Shown here: piece after piece, positions 48,435 through 59,236 of the stretch | Numbering within the stretch: position 1 is the stretch's first letter | Layout: every line of letters begins with the position of its first letter | Origin: Chthoniobacterales bacterium | Lineage (GTDB): Bacteria > Verrucomicrobiota > Verrucomicrobiia > Chthoniobacterales > JACTMZ01 | Assembly (NCBI GenBank): GCA_014879535.1 | Contig: JACSRX010000037.1 | Span: forward strand, 32,629 to 96,628 | Direction of reading: 5' to 3' | Length of the DNA stretch: 64,000 nucleotides | Made by a program: the position numbers and the translations under genes | The notes under the pieces: model-generated | Told to the model about the DNA's origin: nothing | Databases searched by the model: none | The model's input: only the letters and a program-made list of their open reading frames with translations

Positions 48435-49395
48435 TGGATCGCAGGATGGCACCGCGGAGAAGGTGCGCACGATGATGCCGGGTGACAGGCGTTTGAGGGT
48501 TCTGAGCCAGGCGAATCAAGGCAAGGCGCGCGCTTTGGAGCGGGGTTTCCGCGATGCCTCCTTCGGGGTTTTGGTGACTCTGGATGCCGACACGCAGTTC
48601 CAGCGCGACACGGTGGCCGAGCTCGTCGCGCCCTTTGTTGATGGCCGCGTCGGGGCCGTCAGCGGGCATGCCAAGGTGGGCAACCGCCGCCGGTTCATCG
48701 CGCGTTGCCAGGCGCTCGAATATGCCTGCGGCTTCAATCTCGACCGCCAGGCCTATGCCGCCCTGAATTGCATCACGGTCGTGCCCGGGGCGGTTGGTGC
48801 GTATCGGCGAGAGGCGGTGAGGGCGATCGGGGGAATGAAGTCCGATACGCTTGCAGAGGACACGGATCTGACGCTGGAGTTGCACCGGGCGGGCTATCGC
48901 GTCGATTACGCCCCGCGGGCCATTGCCTGGACGGAGGCGCCCGAGACGTTTTCCGCCCTTGCCCGGCAGAGGTTCCGTTGGTGCTTCGGAACGATGCAGT
49001 GCCTCTGGAAGCACCGGGACATGGTGTTCGATCCGCGCCGCGGCGCCCTCGGGAACTTCAGCCTGCCCGGCATCTGGTTCTTCCAAGTCGTGCTGGTGGC
49101 CTTGGTTCCACTCGTTGACGTGCTGTTGCTGATCTCGATCATTGCCGGTGATGGTGGCGCCATGCTGATCTATTTTCTCGTGTTCCTGCTCGCGGATTTC
49201 ATTCTGGCGCTGCTTGGTTGCCTTCTTGAGAAGGAGCCTTGGCATCGCTCACTGCTCATCCTTCCGATGAGGGTTCTCTATCGGCCCCTGTTGAGCTGGG
49301 TCGTGTGGAAGTCCCTGCACCGCGCTCTCCAGGGGGTGTTCGTGGAATGGGGGAAACTCGAACGGAAAGGAACTGTGGAGGTCCAAGGCGTATGA
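48388..49395 (+). CDS. family-2 glycosyltransferase (PgaC/IcaA/cellulose-synthase-like); C-terminal fragment of the same gene
   Basis: Continues as LEVIVVDDGSQDGT..., with DADT and the QRFRW motif plus C-terminal TMs. Removing one G from the 48403-48411 run joins it in frame with the upstream ORF. Confidence 0.8.
   Translation: MPRITGGGLEVIVVDDGSQDGTAEKVRTMMPGDRRLRVLSQANQGKARALERGFRDASFGVLVTLDADTQFQRDTVAELVAPFVDGRVGAVSGHAKVGNRRRFIARCQALEYACGFNLDRQAYAALNCITVVPGAVGAYRREAVRAIGGMKSDTLAEDTDLTLELHRAGYRVDYAPRAIAWTEAPETFSALARQRFRWCFGTMQCLWKHRDMVFDPRRGALGNFSLPGIWFFQVVLVALVPLVDVLLLISIIAGDGGAMLIYFLVFLLADFILALLGCLLEKEPWHRSLLILPMRVLYRPLLSWVVWKSLHRALQGVFVEWGKLERKGTVEVQGV
48403..48411. repeat. G9 homopolymer at the frameshift site
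   Basis: The sequence CCGGGGGGGGGCTC contains nine consecutive G. With eight G the reading is DYRGGLEVIVVDDGS. Confidence 0.9.
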
Positions 49396-50504
49396 TCAGG
49401 AAAATCCATCCAAACTCGGACGGTCCCCGAATCCCGGGTGCCTCGAAGGCAACACGCCCGCCCGCCATGGGGCTGGCCTTGGCGGCGATGTTGCTTCTGG
49501 CGTCTCTTCCCTGCCGGGCGGAGCCTTTGCCCAAACTGGCCGTTCCCTCCGAAGGCGCCTACACGGGCGCCTATGTGGATTTCGGCGATACCGAGGATGA
49601 TGTGACACGCGACGCCATCGACCGTTTCGCGGAGATGACAGGGAAAAAACCGGCCATCGTGGCTTCGTCGAGTTATTGGGGCCGCCAGGATTTCCCGACG
49701 AGGAACGTGAAGGTCATCACGAAGGCCGGGGCGGTGCCCCTCATCTACTGGTCCCCGTGGGACAAGCCCTATGTCGAGGACCGGTTGCCGGATCGCTTCA
49801 GCCTGACGAGCATCCTTGATGGCAAATGGGACGCCTACATTGATTCGTGGGCCGATGCGGCGAAGGCGACCGGTGTTCCGATCCTGGTTTCCTTCTGCAA
49901 CGAGATGAACGGGAACTGGTTTCCATGGAGCGGAATCTACTACGGAAAGGGCAGGCTGAAGGACGGAAAGCCCCGGGGACCCGAGACATTCAAAAAGGCA
50001 TGGCGTCACGTGGTGGACCGGGTCCGGGCGAGGGGAGCGACGAACATCTCCTGGGTTTTCCATGTGATGGACTATCCGTATCCCAACACGAAATGGAACA
50101 TGATGGGGATGTATTATCCCGGGAGCGATTATGTGGACTGGTTGGGATTGAGCGTTTACGGGAAGCAATTCGGCAATGAGCCCTGGGTGAGTTTTGCCGA
50201 TGTGATGGATTATCCGTTCGGGGAAATCGCACGTCTCGATCCGGACAAGCCGATCATGCTTGCGGAATGGGGGATCGGGGAGTTCCCGGAAGCGGGGAGC
50301 AAGGCGGACTGGATCGCCGAGGCGTTCCGTTCGATGACCGGCCGCGACAGGCTGAAGGCCGCGGTGTTCTGGCACGAGAGGTGGCAGAACGAGGACGAAT
50401 CCTACAGCAACCTGCGCGTGAATTCCTCCCCGGGGGCGCTGGAAGCCTACCGGCGGGGTGTGGCTTCGCCATTCTGGCTCTCGAAGCCGCGGCTTCGAGA
50501 ATGA
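49392..50504 (+). CDS. GH26-like glycoside hydrolase (secreted)
   Basis: ATG 49392 overlaps the upstream stop (ATGA). Signal MGLALAAMLLLASLPCRA. Motif FCNEMNGNWFPWSG, comparable to the GH26 hEMNGxWFWWG motif. Confidence 0.65.
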   Translation: MIRKIHPNSDGPRIPGASKATRPPAMGLALAAMLLLASLPCRAEPLPKLAVPSEGAYTGAYVDFGDTEDDVTRDAIDRFAEMTGKKPAIVASSSYWGRQDFPTRNVKVITKAGAVPLIYWSPWDKPYVEDRLPDRFSLTSILDGKWDAYIDSWADAAKATGVPILVSFCNEMNGNWFPWSGIYYGKGRLKDGKPRGPETFKKAWRHVVDRVRARGATNISWVFHVMDYPYPNTKWNMMGMYYPGSDYVDWLGLSVYGKQFGNEPWVSFADVMDYPFGEIARLDPDKPIMLAEWGIGEFPEAGSKADWIAEAFRSMTGRDRLKAAVFWHERWQNEDESYSNLRVNSSPGALEAYRRGVASPFWLSKPRLRE

Positions 50505-50552
50505 CCGCAAGAATCGGGTGGGGAAGTCCGGCGGTGCGCTTAGAATGGGGCC

Positions 50553-51386
50553 ATGGACGATTTCACGCGCGTGGCCCGGGTCATTCGCCATCTCGACGAG
50601 CATCGGGACGATCAACCGTCGCTGGGTGAACTGGCCGCCGTGGCGGGGTTGGGGGAGTCGCATTTCCACCGGCTCTTCCGTCGCTGGGCCGGGGTGACTC
50701 CGAAGGACTTCCTGCAATGCCTCACGGTTGAGCATGCCAAGCGCCGTCTGGAGGACTCGGCGAGCGTGCTCGACGCCGCGCTCGATGCCGGGCTTTCCGG
50801 CCCGGGGCGCCTGCATGATTTGTTCGTTGCGCTCGAGGCGGCATCGCCGGGGGAATACAAGAGCGGCGGTCGCGGATTGTCCGTCGAATGGGGGTTTGCG
50901 CCGAGTCCGTTCGGCCCGTGCAGTCTCGGGTGGACCGCGCGCGGGGTCTGCCATCTGGCATTCCACGACGGCAAGGGTGCCGATCTGCCGGAGGCGTTGC
51001 GCCGCGCGTGGCCGCATGCGGACCTGCGGCGCAATGATCGCGGGGCGGCCGTGCGGGCACATGCCATTTTCCAACACGATGGGAGGGCGGGTGAGCCGTT
51101 GAAGGTTTTTGTGAGGGGGACGCCGTTCCAAGTGCGGGTATGGCGGGCGCTGCTGTGCATTCCCGAGGGGGCGGTGGCCAGCTACGGGCGGATCGCGCAG
51201 AGCATGGAATCCGGCAACGCGGTGCGCGCCGTGGGGACTGCCTGCGGGGCGAATCCGGTTGCCTGGCTCATCCCGTGCCACCGTGTCATCCGGGAGACGG
51301 GGGTCGTCGAGGGCTATCGCTGGGGGACGGATCGCAAGAAGGCGATGCTGGCGCGGGAAGCGCGGGGTTCGGGAAGGAATGGGTGA
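50553..51386 (+). CDS. AraC-type HTH / methylated-DNA-protein-cysteine methyltransferase fusion (Ada-like)
   Basis: AraC HTH segment (LAAVAGLGESHFHRLFRRWAGVTPKDF) plus the MGMT active site IPCHRVI. Confidence 0.8.
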   Translation: MDDFTRVARVIRHLDEHRDDQPSLGELAAVAGLGESHFHRLFRRWAGVTPKDFLQCLTVEHAKRRLEDSASVLDAALDAGLSGPGRLHDLFVALEAASPGEYKSGGRGLSVEWGFAPSPFGPCSLGWTARGVCHLAFHDGKGADLPEALRRAWPHADLRRNDRGAAVRAHAIFQHDGRAGEPLKVFVRGTPFQVRVWRALLCIPEGAVASYGRIAQSMESGNAVRAVGTACGANPVAWLIPCHRVIRETGVVEGYRWGTDRKKAMLAREARGSGRNG

Positions 51387-51427
51387 CGGCTTGCCGGCCT
51401 GTGGCGAACGGCTTAGCGTCCGCGCTT

Positions 51428-51880
51428 ATGAGTTCGAAGACGGCTGGGTTTGTTCCTGCGGGGGAGGTCCGTGTCTTCCGCGCTTTCGGCGAGGAGATTC
51501 ATTTTCATCTCACCGGGGCGCAGACGGGAGGGTTGCTCGCACAATGGTTGGAAATCACGCCACCGGGGGGCGGACCGCCGCCGCATTACCACACGGGGGA
51601 AGACGAATGGTTCTGCGTGCTTGAAGGCAAGATGAGCTTCCTGCTGGACGGGGTGTGGAGGGAGGCGGAACCGGGCGCCGGGGTGTTTGCGCCGAAGAAC
51701 AGCATCCACGCGTTCAAGAACACCGGTGATACGCCCTCGCGGATGCTCGTCGCGGCGTCACCCGCGGGCTTCGAGGACTTCTTCGAGCGCGCGGCCGCCG
51801 AGTTCGCCCGGCCGGACGGACCCGACATGGACCGCGTGACACAGATCGCCGCCGACCAAGGCATCCACTTCGTGGAATAG
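51428..51880 (+). CDS. cupin domain protein
   Basis: Start at ATG 51428. Cupin motifs PPHYHTGEDEWFCVLEG and SIHAFKNTG. Confidence 0.7.
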   Translation: MSSKTAGFVPAGEVRVFRAFGEEIHFHLTGAQTGGLLAQWLEITPPGGGPPPHYHTGEDEWFCVLEGKMSFLLDGVWREAEPGAGVFAPKNSIHAFKNTGDTPSRMLVAASPAGFEDFFERAAAEFARPDGPDMDRVTQIAADQGIHFVE

Positions 51881-51888
51881 AAGCCGTC

Positions 51889-52983
51889 TTACCGGGCCGG
51901 CTTCAGCGGCACAGCGCGTCCGGATTTCGCCGAAGCGCGGGCGGCGTCGAGGATTTCCATCACGATCACGTTGTTTTCCAGCGACGACAGGCTTCCCTCG
52001 GGATCGGCTTTGCCGCGCACCACGGCGGCGAGGTAGGCGAAGGGATCGTTGTAGGGGGCTTCCGCCGGCGGGAGCTGCGAGGTCTTTTCGGATTCTCCAT
52101 GGCGCTGGCGGAGGCGCGTCCGATCGTCCGCGAACACGGCGCCCTTCGTGCCATACACATCGAGGTCCTTGCGGCTGTAGGGCCAGTTCCACGAGGCCTG
52201 GATGATGCCTTGGGCCTTCGGATACACGAGCAGGATGGTGGCCTCGTCATCGACGCGGGCGTAAAGCGGGTTGGTCTTGAGTTGCTGGGTGACGGCGAGG
52301 ACGGACTCCGGCCGCTCGTTGTCCATGAGCCATGTCATGAGGTTGGCCCCGTAGCAGCCGAAGTCGATGATGGCGCCGCCGCCGTTGCGGTCGGGATCGG
52401 TGAGCCATGCGAGGAATTCCTCGCCGGCTCCGAGTTCCTTCGGCCCTTGGTGGCCGTCGCGGGCGATCATCTTGCGGATGTCGCCGACGGCGCCGTCTTG
52501 GACGACGCGGCGGGTCGCTTGGACGGAGGGATACCATGTCGTTTCGTAGTTCGTGAGCACGTGGATGCCGTGCTTTTCGGCCAGCGCGGCGATGGCGCGC
52601 GCCTGTTCGGCATCGAGGGCGAGGGGTTTCTCGACCATCACATGGATGCCCCGCGCGGCGCAGGCGCGGACGGCGTCGAGGTGCTGGTCGATGGAGGTGA
52701 ACACGACCACGGCCTCCGGTTTCGCCGCCTCGAGCATGGCTTCCAGCGAAGGATGCACCAGCGCCGGGTCAATGTGGTAGCGTTCGCACTTGGCGCGGGC
52801 CAGGGCCTCGTCCGCCTCGGCGAGGCCGACGATCGTGAAGTCGGGGCGGTTCTTGTCGGACAGGATCCAGTCCACATGTCCGTGTTCGAGACCGGCCACG
52901 CCGATGCGCACGGGTGGGTCTTGTGAGTGGGAGGGAGTCATGGGGGCCAAGGTGATGAGTGCGGAGAGAAGGGGGAGGCGCAT
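51889..52983 (-). CDS. Gfo/Idh/MocA family oxidoreductase (exported)
   Basis: 364 aa. N-terminal signal-like segment followed by a Rossmann region (VRIGVAGLEHGHV) and a family-typical C-terminal domain. Confidence 0.8.
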   Translation of the reverse strand: MRLPLLSALITLAPMTPSHSQDPPVRIGVAGLEHGHVDWILSDKNRPDFTIVGLAEADEALARAKCERYHIDPALVHPSLEAMLEAAKPEAVVVFTSIDQHLDAVRACAARGIHVMVEKPLALDAEQARAIAALAEKHGIHVLTNYETTWYPSVQATRRVVQDGAVGDIRKMIARDGHQGPKELGAGEEFLAWLTDPDRNGGGAIIDFGCYGANLMTWLMDNERPESVLAVTQQLKTNPLYARVDDEATILLVYPKAQGIIQASWNWPYSRKDLDVYGTKGAVFADDRTRLRQRHGESEKTSQLPPAEAPYNDPFAYLAAVVRGKADPEGSLSSLENNVIVMEILDAARASAKSGRAVPLKPAR

Positions 52984-53040
52984 GGAACAAGACGTAGCGT
53001 TGCGGCGTCCGGACGGAAAGTTTCTCCTGAGGGGCCCAAC

Positions 53041-55479
53041 TCAAGCGGGTCGGCCGATCTTCACAGTGCGGGGTGTTCCGGACCAATCGATGGTGACGCT
53101 CAGGGTGCGGTCGTTTTTGTTCCAGACGGCCGAGGCGGCGGGATTTTTTGACGGGCCATCGGTGACGGGAATGGGGCGTCCGTCCACGGAGACCGACTGC
53201 GGCTTGGCGCCGAGCGCGTGGATGACATAGCGGATGGTGCGGTTCTCCGGCATGCCGTCGTAGGTGTGGCGTTCGCCGTCGAGGTGGAGTTCGAGCGTGC
53301 CGTCGTCGGGACGCAAGGAACGGAATTGGAGGAGCTCGTATTTTTTCTTCCCGTGGGCGTCGAAGGTTTCGCCGTCATCGTCGTAGAGCGATCCGGTGGA
53401 TTCCTTCACCGAGGGGTCGGCGTAAAAATGAACCTGCAGCGATTTCGGATCGTATTTCGCGGTGGTCGGGATGGGGTCGATCATGGGGATGAACGAGCCG
53501 GCCTTCACGAACACGGGGATGTCCTGGACGGTGACGGGGGTGGTGATGGTCTGTCCGCCCTCGTGCCGGTCGCCGTTCCAATAATCGAACCAGACGCTGC
53601 CTTCCGGCAGGGGCACTTCGCGTTCGGCGGCTTTGTTTTCGAGGATCGGTGCGACGAGGAAGGCGTCGCCCCACAGGTAGGCGTCCATGCGGTCCGCCAT
53701 TTCCGGGCGGTCGTCGAGGAATGCGAGCGGACGCATCAGCGGGATCCCGGTCGTCGAGTTCTCGAACATGAGGGTGTAGTTGTAGGGGAGGAGACGGTAG
53801 CGGAGGTCGAGGTAGCGGCGGACGATGTCCTTGGTCTTCTTGTCCTGAAGCGAGGGTTCGACCGGGGCGTCCTCGTTGCCGTGCGGGCGGTAGATCGGCT
53901 GGAAGGTGCCGAACTGGAGCCAACGCACATAGAGTTCGGGATCGGGTGGTTTGCCTGTGAAGCCGCCGAGGTCGGAGTGCATGTAGGGAACGCCCTGGAG
54001 GCCCATCTGCAGCGTGATTTCGATCTGGGATTTGAGTCCGCCCCAGTTCCGGCTCACGTCGCCGCTCCATGGGACGATGCCGTAGCGCTGGGTGCCGACG
54101 AAGCCGGAGCGCATGAGCAGGAACGGCCGTTTGTCGGGCTGGAGTTCGCGCAGTCCCTCGAAAATGAGGCGCGTCCATTCATGGCCGTAGGCGTTGTGGA
54201 GATCCTCGCCGCGGCCGGTGGCGTGGAGGATGTCGTCGGGATGGGTCTCGGGTTCGCCGAGGTCGCCCCACCATCCGGCCACGCCGGATTCCGTGTGCTT
54301 GCGGTAATATTCCCAGAACCAGTCGCGCCCGGCCGGGGCGAAGACATCGATGATGCCCGCCGGACCGAAGAAGATGTCGAACACCATCGGTTTGCCGTCG
54401 GCGTCCGTGGCGAGGACTTTTTTCTCGCCGGCCTCCTTCCAGTTTTTCGAGGCCGTGAGGATGAAGGGCTCGGTGATCAGGATGGTTTTCACGCCACGCT
54501 GCGAGAGCTTCTGCATCATGGCTTCGGGGTTCGGGAAAGCCTTGCGGTCCCAGTCGAGGTTTCCCATATACCCCTGCAATTCGGGGCCGAACCAATACAA
54601 ATCCAGGATCATCGCATCGAGCGGCATCTTCTCGCGGGTGAAACCCTCCGCGATCTTCTCGACCTCGCGCTGGTTGCGGTAGCCGAAACGCGAGGAGAGG
54701 TGTCCGAGTGCCCACCGCGGCAGCATCGGCTGCGTGCCGGTCGTGTCCGCGATCTTCGCCGAAAGGCGGGCCCACGAGTCCGAGGCGATCAGCAGGTAGG
54801 CCATGCGTCCGCCGACGGCCTCGAACTGCAGGATGCCGTCGCCCTTGGAATCCGCATCCAGCCAACCGCGGGCGGAGTTGTCGAAGACGAGCATGTATTT
54901 CTCGGACGAGACAACCGCCGGCATCGAGTAATACATGCTCCGCGCTTCGCCGCCGTAGCCGTAGGGCGCCGAGCTGTAGAGTTCGAGGTGCTCGCCCCGG
55001 CGGTTCATCTTGCCCAGCGCGCGGGAACCGCCGCCGAAAAGTTTTTCGTCCCCCGAAAGCAGGCGGAACCGGAAGCCGCTCTTCCCGTCATGCTCAAAAA
55101 AGCCGGCCTCTTCCCCGATCAGGTCCCGGTCCTTGTATCGGTAGGAAATTTGGAATGGCTGCCTGCGGATCACCGCGTCCAAACCGCCGGTTTCGAGGCG
55201 CAATTCGTCCGCGGATTCCGTCAGCTTGGCATCCACCGGGCCCGGCTTGCGTCCGATCGCGTAGGACGGCTGAGATGGAGCCGTCTCGTCCTTTCGCATG
55301 AACACGGCCTCGATGGCGTTTGCCGAATACGGCGTGAGCCTCATCGTGCCGTCGCTCAGTTCGAGCCGCAGCACACCGTCGGTGAATGTGTGGTTGAGCA
55401 GCTCACGGGTCGGTTCGGCGGCGCAAAGCGTCCAACCGAGGCCGAGGAGCAGCAGGGAAATGCGGAGGGATTGTTTCAT
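53041..55479 (-). CDS. glycoside hydrolase family 31 (alpha-glucosidase/alpha-xylosidase-like), secreted
   Basis: Start at ATG 55479 (MKQSLRISLLLLGLGWTLCA). GH31-type motifs GWWGDLGEPE and MHSDLGGF. Confidence 0.8.
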   Translation of the reverse strand: MKQSLRISLLLLGLGWTLCAAEPTRELLNHTFTDGVLRLELSDGTMRLTPYSANAIEAVFMRKDETAPSQPSYAIGRKPGPVDAKLTESADELRLETGGLDAVIRRQPFQISYRYKDRDLIGEEAGFFEHDGKSGFRFRLLSGDEKLFGGGSRALGKMNRRGEHLELYSSAPYGYGGEARSMYYSMPAVVSSEKYMLVFDNSARGWLDADSKGDGILQFEAVGGRMAYLLIASDSWARLSAKIADTTGTQPMLPRWALGHLSSRFGYRNQREVEKIAEGFTREKMPLDAMILDLYWFGPELQGYMGNLDWDRKAFPNPEAMMQKLSQRGVKTILITEPFILTASKNWKEAGEKKVLATDADGKPMVFDIFFGPAGIIDVFAPAGRDWFWEYYRKHTESGVAGWWGDLGEPETHPDDILHATGRGEDLHNAYGHEWTRLIFEGLRELQPDKRPFLLMRSGFVGTQRYGIVPWSGDVSRNWGGLKSQIEITLQMGLQGVPYMHSDLGGFTGKPPDPELYVRWLQFGTFQPIYRPHGNEDAPVEPSLQDKKTKDIVRRYLDLRYRLLPYNYTLMFENSTTGIPLMRPLAFLDDRPEMADRMDAYLWGDAFLVAPILENKAAEREVPLPEGSVWFDYWNGDRHEGGQTITTPVTVQDIPVFVKAGSFIPMIDPIPTTAKYDPKSLQVHFYADPSVKESTGSLYDDDGETFDAHGKKKYELLQFRSLRPDDGTLELHLDGERHTYDGMPENRTIRYVIHALGAKPQSVSVDGRPIPVTDGPSKNPAASAVWNKNDRTLSVTIDWSGTPRTVKIGRPA

Positions 55480-55653
55480 GGGGGTGGGGAAGCCGCGGTC
55501 CGGGTAAACGCGCGCAAGGGCGGCGAGCGTAGGGAAGTGAAAATGGCTTGGCCAGTGACGAATTTCCGGGCCGATTCCTGTGCATCGTGGAACGGAACGC
55601 CAGAGGTGTTGGTTTGACGGGGGGTGGATGCACTTGCTACACTGAATGCTGCA

Positions 55654-58600
55654 ATGATTCCCCGGCCTCGTCGCGTGACGGTCGATGGCAACGAAGCCAC
55701 GGCCGCCGTGGCATACGCCTTGGCGGAAACCATCGCGATCTATCCGATCACCCCTTCGTCGCCGATGGCGGAGTCCTGCGACGAATGGTCGGCCAAGGGC
55801 CGGAAGAACCTGTGGGGGACGGTGCCGCGCATCATGGAGATGCAGAGCGAGGCGGGTGCGGCCGGCGCGGTGCACGGGATGCTGCAGGCGGGGAGCCTTT
55901 CGACGACGTTCACCGCGTCGCAGGGGCTGCTCCTCATGATCCCGAATCTCTACAAGATCGCGGGCGAGCTGCATCCGTTCGTGATCCATGTCGCCGCCCG
56001 GACGCTGGCGACCCATGCGCTTTCGATCTTCGGGGATCATTCCGACGTGATGGCGTGCCGTCAGATCGGCCTGGCCATGCTCTGCTCGGCGACGGTGCAG
56101 GAGGCGCAGGACATGGCGGCCATCGCGCACGCGGCGACGCTCCGCTCGCGCATTCCGTTCATGCATTTCTTCGACGGTTTCCGCACGTCGCACGAGGTGG
56201 GGAAGATCGGGCCCTTGGGGGATGATGTTCTCCGGGCGCTGGTGCGCGAGGAGGATGTTGCGGCGTTCCGTTCACGGGCGCTCACGCCGGATGCGCCGGT
56301 GATCCGCGGGACGGCGCAGAATCCCGACACGTTTTTCCAGGCGCGCGAGGCGTGCAATCCGTTCTACGCGGCCGTGCCGGGGGTGGTGGATGATCTGTTC
56401 GCGGAGTTTGCCGCACTCACGGGCCGGGTTTACCGGCCGTTTGAATACGAGGGCGATCCGGCGGCGGAGCAGGTGATCGTCATCATGGGATCGGGTGCCG
56501 AGGCCGTGGCGGAATGTTCCGCGCGTCTCAACAACGAAGGCGCCAAGACCGGGGTGCTGAAAGTGCGCTTGTTCCGTCCGTGGTCGGTGGCCGCGTTCGC
56601 CGGGGCGCTGCCGGACACCGTGCGCAGCATCGCCGTGCTCGACCGCACGAAGGAACCGGGGGCGGTCGGCGAACCGCTTTACCAGGATGTTGTCACGGCG
56701 CTTGCGGAGGCCCGCTGCTGCGGCCTGCTGCCTCGAAGTTGCGATCCCGTGGTCGTCGGCGGCCGTTACGGCCTTTCGTCGAAGGAGTTCACCCCCGCGA
56801 TGGCGCGGGGTGTCTTCGAGGAGCTGCGGTCCGAAGTCCCGCGCAACCACTTCACCGTCGGCATCGTGGATGACGTCAGCGGAGCCTCGCTGCCATGGGA
56901 TCGTTCGTGGGACATCGAGCCGGACGATGTGACGCGCGCCGTGTTCTTCGGGCTGGGGTCGGACGGCACGGTCGGGGCGAACAAGAACACCATCAAGATC
57001 ATCGGCGAGGAGACGGACAACTTTGCGCAGGGGTATTTCGTTTACGACTCGAAGAAGGCCGGGGCGGTCACGATCTCGCACCTGAGGTTCGGTCCGCGTC
57101 CGATCCGCAGCACGTATCTCGTGGGGCGCGCGAATTTCGTCGGTGTCCACCAATGGGAATTCTTCGACCGCATGGACGTGCTCGACGTCGCGGCGCCGGG
57201 GGCGGTGGTGCTGGTCAATTCGGTGCACGGTCCGGAAACCGTGTGGGCGGCGCTGCCGCGCGAGGCGCAGGAGATGATCGTCGCGCGGAAGCTGAAGCTG
57301 TTCACCATCGACGCCTACCGCGTGGCGCGGGAAAGCGGCATGGGCGGACGCATCAACACGATCATGCAGACGTGCTTCTTCGCCATTTCCGGCGTGCTCC
57401 CGCGGGAGGAGGCCATCGCCCAGATCAAGAAGGCGATCGAGAAGACCTATGCCCGCAAGGGCTCCGGGGTGGTTCAGAAAAATTTTGCCGCGGTGGATGC
57501 GACGCTGGCTGCTTTGCACGAGGTCGTGGTTCCGGAGGTGGCGGACTCCCCGAGGCGCCGTCCGCCGGTCGTTCCCGGGGAAGCCCCGGATCTGGTCCGC
57601 CGCGTCACCGCGCTCATGCTTGCCGGGCAGGGGGACATGCTGCCGGTGAGCGCATTCCCGGTGGACGGAAGCTGGCCGCTCGGCACCACGAAATGGGAGA
57701 AGCGCAACCTGGCGCAGGAGATTCCCGTCTGGGATGCCGGGCTTTGCATCCAGTGCAACAAATGCGTGCTCGTCTGCCCGCATGCCGCCGTGCGGGCGAA
57801 GTTCTACGACAAGTCCGGGTTGTCCGCCGCGCCGGAGACCTTCAAGGCCGTCGATTTCCGGTCGGCGACAGCCAAGGGGATGTCCTACACGATCCAGATC
57901 GCGCCCGAGGATTGCACGGGGTGCACGCTGTGCGTGCAGGTCTGTCCGGCGAAGGACAAGGCCAACCCGCGTCACAAGGCCCTCGACATGGCGCCGCAGC
58001 TCCCGCTGCGCGATGCGGAGCGCGCGAACTACGAATTCTTCCTCGGCCTTCCCGAGCCCGACCGGCAGACGATGAAGGCGGAGGTGAAGGCGACGCAGTT
58101 CTTCCGTCCGCTCATCGAGTATTCCGGCGCGTGCGCGGGCTGCGGCGAGACGCCGTATCTGAAGCTGCTCACGCAGATGTTCGGCGACCGGCTCCTTATC
58201 GCCAATGCGACGGGATGCTCGTCCATTTACGGCGGCAATCTGCCGACGACGCCCTACACGACCGGCGGCGACGGACGCGGTCCGGCGTGGTCGAATTCGC
58301 TCTTCGAGGACAATGCGGAATACGGCCTCGGCATGCGCATCGCGCTCGACAAGCACCATGAGCAGGCGTGCGAGCTGCTGCGGGGCATGGGCGCCGACCT
58401 CGGCGATGATCTGGTGACGGCGCTGATCGGCGGGTATGCCGGCGACGGGGCGTCCATCGTGGCCCAGCGCGAACGGGTGATCGCGCTTCGTGAAAAATTG
58501 CAAGGACGCACCGACGAGGCCGCGCGGAGGCTGGCCCTGCTCGCCGATTACCTCGTGAAGAAGTCCGTCTGGATCGTCGGTGGTGACGGATGGGCGTATG

Positions 58601-59232
58601 ACATCGGGTTCGGCGGCTTGGACCATGTTCTTTGGAGCGGCTGCGATGTGAACATCCTCGTCATGGACACCGAGGTGTATTCCAACACCGGCGGCCAGTC
58701 GTCGAAGGCGACGCCGCTCGGGGCGTCGGCCAAGTTCGCGGTGTCCGGCAAGGAGCTGCCGAAGAAGGACCTTGCGCTTTACGCCATGATGAACGGCACG
58801 GCCTATGTGGCCCGGGTGGCGTTCGGCGCGAAGGACAGCCAGACGGTGCAGGCCTTTGCCGAGGCGGAGGACTTCCCGGGCGTCTCGCTGGTTGTCGCCT
58901 ACAGCCATTGCATCGCTCACGGCTACGGGATGCACCACGGGCTGGAGCAGCAGAAGCTGGCGGTGGAATCCGCCTACTGGCCGCTGTTCCGCTTCAACCC
59001 GCGGCGCACCGCGCCCGGCGACGAGCCGCTCAAGCTCGATTCCGGGGCGGCCAAGGTTCCGCTGTCGAAATACCTGGCCAATGAGATGCGCTACCGGATC
59101 CTGGAGCGATCCGACCCGGACCATGCAAAGATGCTGCAGGAGGCCGCCCAGCGGCATGTGACCGGCCATTTTGCCGAATACGAGCGGCTGCGCGACGCGA
59201 TGCGCGTCCCGCCGGAACCTTCCACCAACTGA
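55654..59232 (+). CDS. nifJ: pyruvate:ferredoxin (flavodoxin) oxidoreductase
   Basis: ATG 55654 gives MIPRPRRVTVDGNEATAAVAYALAETIAIYPITPSSPMAE. Two 4Fe-4S ferredoxin motifs (CIQCNKCVLVCP, CTGCTLCVQVCP). TPP-binding domain with GDGWAYDIG. Confidence 0.95.
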   Translation: MIPRPRRVTVDGNEATAAVAYALAETIAIYPITPSSPMAESCDEWSAKGRKNLWGTVPRIMEMQSEAGAAGAVHGMLQAGSLSTTFTASQGLLLMIPNLYKIAGELHPFVIHVAARTLATHALSIFGDHSDVMACRQIGLAMLCSATVQEAQDMAAIAHAATLRSRIPFMHFFDGFRTSHEVGKIGPLGDDVLRALVREEDVAAFRSRALTPDAPVIRGTAQNPDTFFQAREACNPFYAAVPGVVDDLFAEFAALTGRVYRPFEYEGDPAAEQVIVIMGSGAEAVAECSARLNNEGAKTGVLKVRLFRPWSVAAFAGALPDTVRSIAVLDRTKEPGAVGEPLYQDVVTALAEARCCGLLPRSCDPVVVGGRYGLSSKEFTPAMARGVFEELRSEVPRNHFTVGIVDDVSGASLPWDRSWDIEPDDVTRAVFFGLGSDGTVGANKNTIKIIGEETDNFAQGYFVYDSKKAGAVTISHLRFGPRPIRSTYLVGRANFVGVHQWEFFDRMDVLDVAAPGAVVLVNSVHGPETVWAALPREAQEMIVARKLKLFTIDAYRVARESGMGGRINTIMQTCFFAISGVLPREEAIAQIKKAIEKTYARKGSGVVQKNFAAVDATLAALHEVVVPEVADSPRRRPPVVPGEAPDLVRRVTALMLAGQGDMLPVSAFPVDGSWPLGTTKWEKRNLAQEIPVWDAGLCIQCNKCVLVCPHAAVRAKFYDKSGLSAAPETFKAVDFRSATAKGMSYTIQIAPEDCTGCTLCVQVCPAKDKANPRHKALDMAPQLPLRDAERANYEFFLGLPEPDRQTMKAEVKATQFFRPLIEYSGACAGCGETPYLKLLTQMFGDRLLIANATGCSSIYGGNLPTTPYTTGGDGRGPAWSNSLFEDNAEYGLGMRIALDKHHEQACELLRGMGADLGDDLVTALIGGYAGDGASIVAQRERVIALREKLQGRTDEAARRLALLADYLVKKSVWIVGGDGWAYDIGFGGLDHVLWSGCDVNILVMDTEVYSNTGGQSSKATPLGASAKFAVSGKELPKKDLALYAMMNGTAYVARVAFGAKDSQTVQAFAEAEDFPGVSLVVAYSHCIAHGYGMHHGLEQQKLAVESAYWPLFRFNPRRTAPGDEPLKLDSGAAKVPLSKYLANEMRYRILERSDPDHAKMLQEAAQRHVTGHFAEYERLRDAMRVPPEPSTN

Positions 59233-59236
59233 CGCC